The translations under genes and the position numbers were made by a program. This document shows, in pieces, positions 8,775 to 17,893 of a stretch of 41,573 bases of DNA. The notes under the pieces were generated by a model. That model searched no databases and was not told the origin of the DNA. It saw only the letters and a list, made by a program, of their open reading frames with translations. The DNA comes from an uncultured Actinomycetota bacterium. Lineage in GTDB: Bacteria; Actinomycetota; Nitriliruptoria; Euzebyales; Egibacteraceae. Numbering within the stretch: the stretch's first letter is position 1; each line of letters opens with the position of its first letter. The stretch lies in assembly GCA_964418395.1 (NCBI GenBank), contig CAYQMQ010000001.1:1-41573 (forward strand), in the 5' to 3' direction.

Positions 8775-8901
8775 GACACGGGCTCCGCGGCGAGGGGGAC
8801 GGCAGACGACGCTGATCACAGGCTACGGGATGCTTCGGCGCGCGGGGGCGTCCGGTCCGCCCCCGTTGACGGGCTCTGCGAGCGGTGATCCACTCAGCCG
8901 C

Positions 8902-10590
8902 ATGACGGCAACCGAGCCACGCCCCACGCCCCCGGAGACGGCCGCGCCCACCCACGAGGTGGCCAATCAACCACCACCGCCGCTGGGCTACGACCTGTCC
9001 GCCGAGGCCGCGTTGTCCGAGGGACTGGCCCGCGAGGGCGCCGGCGGGGTGGACGATGGCCTGGCACAGCTGGGCCAGTTGGCCGGATCGGAGCGGGCGG
9101 GCGTATGGGCCGGGCAGGCAAACGCCCACCCTCCGGCGCTGCACACCCACGATCGCTACGGTCACCGCATCGACGAGGTCGCCTACCATCCCGCCTACCA
9201 CGAGCTAATGCGGGTGGCCGTGGGCCACGGGCTGCATGCGACCCCGTGGGCACAGCAGTGGCCGGGCGCCCACGTGGCCCGGGCGGCCAAGTTCTATGTC
9301 TGGGGCCAGGTGGAGTTCGGCCACGCCTGTCCCATCTCGATGACCTACGCGGCGGTGCCCGCGCTGCGCCATCAGCCCGAGCTTGCCGCCGACCTCGAGC
9401 CGCTGCTGGCCAGCCAGACCTACGACCCCGCCCTGCGTCCCCCGGCCGACAAGGCGGGCGTCCTCGCGGGCATGGCCATGACCGAGAAGCAGGGTGGCTC
9501 GGATGTCCGCGCCAACACCACGGCCGCGGCGCCCGCCGGGGCCGGCGGCCCCGGTGCTGAATACCGGCTCCGCGGCCACAAGTGGTTCTGCTCAGCGCCG
9601 ATGAGCGACGTGTTCCTGATGCTGGCCCAAGCACCGGAGGGCCTGTCGTGCTTTCTGGTCCCGCGCGTGCTGCCGGACGGCGCGCGCAACCCGATCTGGC
9701 TGCAACGCCTCAAGGACAAGTGCGGCAACCGCGCGAACGCCTCGGCGGAGATCGAGCTCCCCGACACGGCCGGCTGGCTGATCGGCGACGAGGGCCGCGG
9801 CGTCAAGACGATCATCGAGATGGTCAACCACACGCGGCTGGACTGCCTGATCGGCTCCGCCGCGCTGCAGCGCCAGGCCCTGGTCCAGGCGCTGCACCAC
9901 ACGTCCCACCGGGAGGCGTTCGGCGCCCGGTTGCTGGAACAGCCGTTGATGCGCAACGTGCTCGCCGACCTCGCCGTGGAGTCCGAGGCCGCCACCACGC
10001 TGATGCTGCGGCTGGCCGGCGCGGTGGACCGCAGCCACGGCTCGGGCGGCGACGCCCACGAGCACCGGCTCAAACGGCTCGGCGTGGCGTTGGGCAAGTA
10101 CTGGGTGTGCAAGCGCACCCCCACCGTGGTGGGCGAGGCCCTCGAGTGCCTCGGCGGCAACGGCTACGTGGAGGAGTCCGGCATGCCGCGGCTGTATCGC
10201 GAGGCGCCGCTGAACTCGATCTGGGAGGGCACCGGCAACGTGCAGGCCCTCGACGTCCTGCGCGCGCTGAGCAAGGAGCCCGACGTCCTCGAGGCCTACA
10301 CCGACGAGGTCGACGCCGCGCGCGGCGCCGACGCCCGCTTCGATGGCGCCGCCGACGCGCTGCGCGCCGAGCTCGCCGACACCGACGACGCCCAGTTCCG
10401 GGCCCGCCGGGTGGTCGAGCGCATGGCGACCGTGCTGCAGGGGGCGCTGCTGGTGCGCCACGCCCCGGACGCCGTCGCCGACGCCTTCTGCGCCACGCGG
10501 CTGGCCGGTGAGGGCGGGATGGCACTGGGCACCCTGCCGCGGGGCGCGGCCGTCGACCAGATCCTCGAACGGGCCGCCCCGCGCTGGTGA
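8902..10590 (+). CDS. aidB: AidB-like acyl-CoA dehydrogenase family protein
   Basis: ORF 8773..10590, start at ATG 8902 (MTATEPRP). As I recall it, the protein is collinear with E. coli AidB: HEVANQPPPL..YDL, GMAMTEKQGGSDVRANTT, YRLRGHKWFCSAPMSDVFLMLAQ, LSCFLVPR, RLKDKCGNRANASAEIE, PRLYREAPLNSIWEGTGNV. Confidence 0.85.
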   Translation: MTATEPRPTPPETAAPTHEVANQPPPPLGYDLSAEAALSEGLAREGAGGVDDGLAQLGQLAGSERAGVWAGQANAHPPALHTHDRYGHRIDEVAYHPAYHELMRVAVGHGLHATPWAQQWPGAHVARAAKFYVWGQVEFGHACPISMTYAAVPALRHQPELAADLEPLLASQTYDPALRPPADKAGVLAGMAMTEKQGGSDVRANTTAAAPAGAGGPGAEYRLRGHKWFCSAPMSDVFLMLAQAPEGLSCFLVPRVLPDGARNPIWLQRLKDKCGNRANASAEIELPDTAGWLIGDEGRGVKTIIEMVNHTRLDCLIGSAALQRQALVQALHHTSHREAFGARLLEQPLMRNVLADLAVESEAATTLMLRLAGAVDRSHGSGGDAHEHRLKRLGVALGKYWVCKRTPTVVGEALECLGGNGYVEESGMPRLYREAPLNSIWEGTGNVQALDVLRALSKEPDVLEAYTDEVDAARGADARFDGAADALRAELADTDDAQFRARRVVERMATVLQGALLVRHAPDAVADAFCATRLAGEGGMALGTLPRGAAVDQILERAAPRW

Positions 10591-10597
10591 CCGCGGC

Positions 10598-11959
10598 TCA
10601 GCCGAGCCACGGCAGCGCGGCCGCGGTCTCTCTGAACTCCGGCAGGATCGCGATGGCGATCGTGAAGTAGATGATCAGCCCCGTGGCGTCGACCAGGGTG
10701 GCGATCAGGGGGGCGCTGACCACGGCCGGGTCGATGCCCACCCGCTTGGCGACCATCGGCAGCGCCGCGCCGGCCAGCGTCGCCCAGGCGCACAGCGCGA
10801 GCAGCGTCAACGAGATCACCAGGGCGAAGTTGGCGTCGAGAAAGACGGCCACGGGCGCGAATGCCACCACGCCCAACATCGCCCCGAGCATCACGCCGGT
10901 CACCAGCTCCCGTCCTGCCACCTTGGGCAGGTCCACGAACCGCACCTCCCCGACCGCCATGGCGCGGATGACCACCGTGGCCGCCTGCGCCCCCGCGTTG
11001 CCGCCGGCCCCGATCAGCAACGGCACGAACAGCGCCAGCGTGGTGACCGTCTCCAGGGTGCCCTCGAAGCGCTCGAGCACCGACACCGTCAGCGTCGCCG
11101 CGATCCCGAGGACCAGCAGCCACATCGCACGCTTGCCGGCCAGGGTGAACGGCGAGACCGCGAGGTAGGGCTTCTCGAGCGGCTCGGCGGCGCCGGCGCG
11201 GGAGATGTCCTCGGTGACCTCGGCCTCGAACACCTTCATCGCGTCGTCGACGGTGATCACGCCCACCAGCCGGTTCTCGTGATCGACCACCGGCATCGCC
11301 AGCAGGTTGGCCTCCTGGATGCGACGAGCAACCTCTTCCTGGTCCTCGTCGACCCGCGCGGCGATCGGGTCGGTGTTCATGAACTCGGTCACCTGGCGCG
11401 CGGACGGGTTGAGCACCAGCTCGCGCAGGCTCACGATGCCCACCAGCTCGCGCTGATCGTCGGTGACCGGCAGCGTGTAGATCGTCTCGGCGTCCACTCC
11501 CAGCCGGCGGATCTTGGCCAGCGCGTCGGCCACCGTCATGCTCGCGCGCAGGTTGACGTATTCGGGCGTCATCATGCGCCCGGCCGACTCCTCCTCGTAG
11601 CCGAGCAGGCGCGCCGTCATCCGCCGCTCCTCGGGGCTGAGGCCGGCTTGCAGGCGCTTGGCGACCTTGGCGGGCACCTCGTCCAGCAGCCTGGCGCGGT
11701 CGTCGGGGCTCATCTCCTCGATGAGCTGGTTCACGTGCGTGTCCCGCAGCCCCTCGAGCAGCTCCTGCTGATGGACCGGCTCGAGCGCCTCGAAGACCTG
11801 CAACGCCCGATTCTTGGCCAGGAGCCGAAAGACCACCGCCCGCTCGGCCGGGTCGAGCCGGGCGAGCTCGTCGGCGATGTCGGGGACGCCGGTCTCCTCG
11901 AGCCACGAGCGGATCTCGTCGAGATACTCGCCCCTGGTCAGCTCTTGGAGGTCGGTCAT
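10598..11959 (-). CDS. mgtE: Magnesium transporter MgtE
   Basis: Complete ORF. It has the MgtE N-domain (LARLDPAERAVVFRLL), tandem CBS domains, and a C-terminal 5-TM domain (GAGGNAGAQAATVVIRA..., PLIATLVDATGLIIYF). Confidence 0.92.
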   Translation of the reverse strand: MTDLQELTRGEYLDEIRSWLEETGVPDIADELARLDPAERAVVFRLLAKNRALQVFEALEPVHQQELLEGLRDTHVNQLIEEMSPDDRARLLDEVPAKVAKRLQAGLSPEERRMTARLLGYEEESAGRMMTPEYVNLRASMTVADALAKIRRLGVDAETIYTLPVTDDQRELVGIVSLRELVLNPSARQVTEFMNTDPIAARVDEDQEEVARRIQEANLLAMPVVDHENRLVGVITVDDAMKVFEAEVTEDISRAGAAEPLEKPYLAVSPFTLAGKRAMWLLVLGIAATLTVSVLERFEGTLETVTTLALFVPLLIGAGGNAGAQAATVVIRAMAVGEVRFVDLPKVAGRELVTGVMLGAMLGVVAFAPVAVFLDANFALVISLTLLALCAWATLAGAALPMVAKRVGIDPAVVSAPLIATLVDATGLIIYFTIAIAILPEFRETAAALPWLG

Positions 11960-12028
11960 GCGAGCTCCTGTTCGCGCTCGGGCGCGGAAGGCTTCGCGGC
12001 AGGGCGCGCTGCGGACAAGCGGTGGGGC

Positions 12029-14005
12029 CTACGACCGCGGCGGCGCCACGCGGACGATGCGGTCGTCTCCCCCACGGGGATCGCCGCGCCCGTCGCGGTT
12101 GCTGGTCAGCAGCCACAGGCTGCCGTCCGGCGCTTGCTCGACGTGTCGCAACCGACCGTAGTCGCCCACGAACGTCTCGGCGGCGCCGGTGACGGTCCCG
12201 CCGTCGAGCGCGAAGCGCCACAGCCGCTCACCGCGCAACGCGGCCGCCAGCAGCTGCCCGTCCCATTCGGGCACCGCCGAGCGTCTCGGGATCGTCGCGC
12301 CGCTCCACGATGCCACCGGGGGCTGACGCACGATCACCGGCTCGATCGCGCCCTCGCGGGTCTCGCCGCACGGGTCGGGCCACCCGTAGTTGCCACCGGC
12401 CACGATCAGGTTGACCTCGTCGTCACAGCCCGGGCCGAACTCGGTGGCCAGCAGTCGCCCGTCGGCGTCCCACGCCAGCCCCTGGACGTTGCGCAGCCCG
12501 GTGGCGTACACCGGCGAGCCGGCGATCGGGTTGTCGGGGGGCACGGCGCCGTCGGGCGTGACGCGCAGGATCTTGCCGGCCAGCGACGACGGGTCCTGGG
12601 CGCGCGACGACTCGCCGGCGTCGCCGGTGGCGACGTACAGGTCGCCGTCCGGGCCGAAGGCGATGCGCCCGCCGTTGTGGATCGACGCGTGCGGGATGCC
12701 GTCCACGATGATCTCAGCGTCGGCAGCGCCGGGGCTGAAGCGCACCACGCGGTTGTCGCCGTGGGCCGCGGCGCTGTAGTAGACGTACAGTTGCTCACCG
12801 TCAGGGTGAGCGGTCAGGCCGAGCAGCCCGCCCTCGCCCTGTGAGTCGACGTCGAAGGTGGCCACCTCGGTGGCTGAGCCGGTGCCGGGATCGACCTGCA
12901 GCAAGCGGCCGGTGTCGCGTTCGGTGACGAACGCGCGGCCGTCGTCGGTCCAGGCCACGTCCCAGGGGATCTCGAGGCCCTCCACGACCGTCTCGGGGAC
13001 GATGCCGCAGCGGCGACCCTCAGCGGCGGCGTCACCGATCGCGGCGCGCCCGCCGACCACCACGAGCGCGTCGCCCACCCCGAGCGCCTCCAGCGCGTCA
13101 GCCGACGCGTTCGGCAGGCAGGGCGCCCGTGACAACAGGACGGGATCGCCTTCCCGACCGGCAGCCGCGGAGGCGGCCAGGGCGTCGGGGAAGGCCTCGC
13201 CGGTGGCCAGCCACGCGCCCTCGGCATCGGACAAGCGCCGGGTGGCGACCTCGGCGGCGGTGGCGAAGCGGTCGGCGCCGGCCACGCGGGTGAGATCGGC
13301 ACCGGCCGCGTCGGCGGCGCTCGTGGCCACGCCCTCGCTGATCGCAGCGGTCCCGCCGACCACCACCACCTCGTCCGGATCCAACCCGGCCAGTGCCCGG
13401 GCGGTGGGCTCGGGCAGCGTCCCCTGGGTGGCCAGCAACAGCGGCGCGTCATCGGAGGCAGCGGCGGCGCCAGCCGACAACCCGTCGGGGAACGCGGCGC
13501 CGGAGGCCAGGTAGGCGGTGGCCGCGCCGTCCGGATGGGTCCGGTCGGCGACCGCCGCCGCGGTCGCGAAGCGCCCGCCCCCGGAGATGCGGACCACGTC
13601 GGCACCAGCGGCGTCAGCGGCGTCGTCGGCCACGGCGTTTGAGACCGCCCCGGTGCCGCCGACCACCCACACCTCGTCGACGTCGAGCCGGCCGAGCGTG
13701 TCCAGGGTCGTCGCGGGCGCGTGATCGCGGGTGACCAGCAGCACCGGGGCGGCTTCGGCGGCGGCCGCCGGAGCCACGGCCAGCGCGTCGGCGAACCTGG
13801 TGCCGCTGGCGACGACCGCGACACCGTCTGCGCCCACCTCCTCGGCGACGGCCGCCGCGGTGGCGAACCGATCGTCGCCGGCCAAGCGTGGTGGGGGCTG
13901 CGCTGAGGCGCTGACGATCAGGGCGGCCACGACCAGGGCGGTCGCGGCCGCGACGGTCGCGACGCGTGCCGCCGCTATGCCCATCGTGCGTGGCGGGTGC
14001 GTCAT
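12029..14005 (-). CDS. Secreted protein: three CWB2-type cell-wall-binding repeats fused to a PQQ-dependent sugar (glucose/sorbosone) dehydrogenase beta-propeller
   Basis: Complete ORF with a signal peptide (MTHPPRTMGIAAARVATVAAATALVVAALIVSASA). Three repeats carry G.DRFATAAAVA (GDDRFATAAAVAEEV, GGGRFATAAAVADRT, GADRFATAAEVATRR). The propeller motifs follow: GLEIPWDVAWTDDGRAFVTERDTGRL, HNGGRIAFGPDGDLYVATGD, RNVQGLAWDADGRLLATEFGPGCDDEVNLIVAGGNYGWP. An AAAGGA ribosome-binding site lies before ATG 14005. Confidence 0.85.
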   Translation of the reverse strand: MTHPPRTMGIAAARVATVAAATALVVAALIVSASAQPPPRLAGDDRFATAAAVAEEVGADGVAVVASGTRFADALAVAPAAAAEAAPVLLVTRDHAPATTLDTLGRLDVDEVWVVGGTGAVSNAVADDAADAAGADVVRISGGGRFATAAAVADRTHPDGAATAYLASGAAFPDGLSAGAAAASDDAPLLLATQGTLPEPTARALAGLDPDEVVVVGGTAAISEGVATSAADAAGADLTRVAGADRFATAAEVATRRLSDAEGAWLATGEAFPDALAASAAAGREGDPVLLSRAPCLPNASADALEALGVGDALVVVGGRAAIGDAAAEGRRCGIVPETVVEGLEIPWDVAWTDDGRAFVTERDTGRLLQVDPGTGSATEVATFDVDSQGEGGLLGLTAHPDGEQLYVYYSAAAHGDNRVVRFSPGAADAEIIVDGIPHASIHNGGRIAFGPDGDLYVATGDAGESSRAQDPSSLAGKILRVTPDGAVPPDNPIAGSPVYATGLRNVQGLAWDADGRLLATEFGPGCDDEVNLIVAGGNYGWPDPCGETREGAIEPVIVRQPPVASWSGATIPRRSAVPEWDGQLLAAALRGERLWRFALDGGTVTGAAETFVGDYGRLRHVEQAPDGSLWLLTSNRDGRGDPRGGDDRIVRVAPPRS

Positions 14006-14070
14006 GGCACGATCCTTTCTTCGTCAGCGCACACCTACTGGGCGGTGGTGCACATCCCGAGCCTCCCGTG

Positions 14071-14205
14071 GTAAACCGTCGAATACCACGGTTTCCGGCC
14101 GAGCCACCGCTAGCCCCGCGGCGCAAACCGTCGAATGCCACGGTATCCGGCCGAGCCACCGCCAATCCCGCGGCGCAAACCGTCGAATGTCACGGTTTCC
14201 GCCCG
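14071..14205. repeat. Tandem direct repeat, 52-bp unit x about 2.6, each unit carrying the palindrome AAACCGT-N8-ACGGTTT
   Basis: Unit starts were read directly at 14073, 14125 and 14177 (AAACCGTCGAATACCACGGTTT, AAACCGTCGAATGCCACGGTAT, AAACCGTCGAATGTCACGGTTT). Units 1 and 2 continue with the near-identical CCGGCCGAGCCACCGC(T/C)A(G/A)(C/T)CCCGCGGCGC. The array lies between the molybdoenzyme stop (14279) and the CWB2-PQQ dehydrogenase start (14005). Confidence 0.9.
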
Positions 14206-14278
14206 GATCGAAGTCCAGTCTCTCGCAGGGGCGGGGCGTCCTCTCAGCACTGCTCTCGTCGAGCGCCGTCGAGCCGGG

Positions 14279-15829
14279 TCAGGCGACGCTGACGGTGATC
14301 GTGTGCCAGCCGGTGGCCCCATCCGGTTGCGGTGGGGACTCCTGTCCGCTTTGGCGCCGGCCGTCCCCGCCAACGCATCGCACCCGCAGGCGGTGGTCGC
14401 CAGAGGCGAGCTCGCCGCGCCACACCCACTGTCGCCAGGTGGCGTCGTTGAGCTCGGGGCCGAGCTCGGTCCGTTGCCAGTCGGCGTCGTCGACCTGCAC
14501 CTCCACCTGCTCCACGCCCACCAGCGGCGCCCACGCCACCCCGGCGACCACGACCTCCGAGCCCTCCAGCTCGGCTCCGTCGGCTGGCCGGTCGATCCGG
14601 GATTGTCGCCGGATCGGGGCTTCCTTCGCCCACCCGCGGGGCACCCAGTAGGCGTCGAAGTCCCACGTGGCGAGCTCGATCTCGGCCAGCCACTTGGTGG
14701 CCGAGACGTAGCCGTACAGGCCGGGCACCACCAGCCGGGCCGGAAAGCCGTGCCTCGTGGGCAGCGGCTCGCCGTTCATGCCCACCGCGACGAGGGCCTG
14801 GCGCCCGTCGAGCGCCGCCTCGAGGGGGAACCCACCGGTCCAGCCGTCGACCGATCGCCCGACCACCTGCTCCGCGCCGGGCTCCACGCCGGCGCGCTCC
14901 AGCAGCTGCGCCAGCGGCACGCCCAGCCAGCGCGCGGTGCCGACCAGGTCGTTGCCCACCTCGTTGGACACACACGCCAGCGTCACGTCGGCTTCGATCA
15001 GGTCGAGCTCGAGGAGCTCGGGCAGTGTCAGCGTGAACGGCCGGGCCACCAGGCCGTGGACCCGCAGCGTCCAATCGGCCGCGTCCACCCGCGGCACCGA
15101 CACCGCCGTGTCGATGCGGTAGAAGTTGTCGTTCGGGGTAAACAGCGGGGACAGCCCCTCCATCTCCAGGCCCGCGGGAGCTGGCTCGAGCGCCCGCTGG
15201 GCCGGGGGCAGCGCGATCTCGCGCGGACCCACCTCGAGGGCCCGTCGCGACCGTGCCACCGCCCCCACGGTCGATCCCGATGCCGCCACCACAGCCGTGG
15301 CTCCCAGCGCGATGAGAAGCCGGCGCCGCGACGGGCCCGGCGCGCCGGCGGGGGCGCTGGCCGTCTCGGCCCGCGCCGTGGGGGCCGCACCGGTCAGCCA
15401 GCGAGCCAGCGGCGGCAGCGCGACGGCGCCGGCCACCGCCGCCATCCCCACCGCCAACACCGCCTGCGGGCCCGTTCCGGCTCGCCCGGCGGCGGGAGCG
15501 ACCGCGGTGGCGGCCGCGGCCACCGCACCGAGCAGGATCATCCCGCTTGCGGCAGCGATCGTCGACCGCGCTGACACCAGACCCAACAGCCCGCCGAGCG
15601 CGAGAGCCCCGAGGCCGACGCCCGTCACCGCGAGAGGCCGGCCGAGCTTGCCGAGCGCCCCGATCGCCGCCGTGGCCAGCCCGCCGGGGGTCACCGCGAT
15701 GACCCGTTCGCTGAGCGCGACGGCCGGCGAGACCCCGGCGCCCCACCCCGCGACGACCTCGGCGATGCCGGCGGCCATCCCCACGGCCACCACCCCGGCC
15801 GCCGCACGCTCCAGCTTGCGCTCGATCAT
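14279..15829 (-). CDS. Membrane-anchored molybdopterin-dependent oxidoreductase (sulfite-oxidase fold)
   Basis: ORF 14279..15868. The N-terminal half is multi-TM and Ala/Gly-rich. The C-terminal half has the Oxidored_molyb pattern: FYRIDTA, TLACVSNEVG (molybdenum-ligand Cys), GEPLPTRHGFPARLVVPGLYGYVSATKWL. Start taken at ATG 15829 (MIERKLE); GTG 15868 is an alternative. Confidence 0.82.
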   Translation of the reverse strand: MIERKLERAAAGVVAVGMAAGIAEVVAGWGAGVSPAVALSERVIAVTPGGLATAAIGALGKLGRPLAVTGVGLGALALGGLLGLVSARSTIAAASGMILLGAVAAAATAVAPAAGRAGTGPQAVLAVGMAAVAGAVALPPLARWLTGAAPTARAETASAPAGAPGPSRRRLLIALGATAVVAASGSTVGAVARSRRALEVGPREIALPPAQRALEPAPAGLEMEGLSPLFTPNDNFYRIDTAVSVPRVDAADWTLRVHGLVARPFTLTLPELLELDLIEADVTLACVSNEVGNDLVGTARWLGVPLAQLLERAGVEPGAEQVVGRSVDGWTGGFPLEAALDGRQALVAVGMNGEPLPTRHGFPARLVVPGLYGYVSATKWLAEIELATWDFDAYWVPRGWAKEAPIRRQSRIDRPADGAELEGSEVVVAGVAWAPLVGVEQVEVQVDDADWQRTELGPELNDATWRQWVWRGELASGDHRLRVRCVGGDGRRQSGQESPPQPDGATGWHTITVSVA

Positions 15830-16085
15830 TGACCGCACGGTACCGCGCCCCGGCCCGCCGCTGGCCACAAACCCGGCTCAGCGCCGGGACCTCAGGGTAG
15901 ACTGGTGTGGATGTCGCGGCGTGCCGGACACCGCGGTGTCGTCGCCCCGGCGCCCGGCGGTTGCGGGTCCGGGCGCCTCCGGGAGACGGGGTGGCCGAGT
16001 TTGACCTGTTCGGTCCGGCGGAAATGGTGGGCTTCGGCGCGGCGGGCATCCGCCGCCCACACCGCGGGACCGAGGGCAGCGGGAC

Positions 16086-17798
<1,713 letters not shown>

Positions 17799-17893
17799 GC
17801 GCCGCCGCCGTCTCCGGCGTCGGGCGGAGGTTCTCACCGCTGTCCCTGGGCAGCCCTTGGCACGGGACGGGCGATAGGTACGATCAGGGGTCT

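Noticed and set aside
11960-12028. M-box (Mg2+) riboswitch upstream of mgtE
   Set aside because: Only 69 nt separate mgtE from the preceding gene's stop. This is far shorter than an M-box aptamer, and I saw no matching conserved segments.
10296-12844. 641-aa (minus) and 833-aa (plus) ORFs spanning mgtE and the PQQ dehydrogenase gene
   Set aside because: They are off-frame or antisense to two genes with strong family signatures. The composition is dominated by R/G/A/P/D/H.
14071-14205. CRISPR array interpretation of the 52-bp tandem repeats
   Set aside because: The segments between the palindromes are conserved between units instead of being unique spacers. There are only about 2.6 units and no cas genes in the window.
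15830-16085. Moco riboswitch, or another structured RNA, in the divergent spacer between the molybdoenzyme and recQ
   Set aside because: The idea is attractive because Moco riboswitches precede molybdoenzyme genes, and the region is GC-rich with short hairpins (for example a 7-bp stem with a GCAU loop at 16039..16056). However, I cannot match the conserved Moco motif by eye. A cmscan with RF01055 would settle it.
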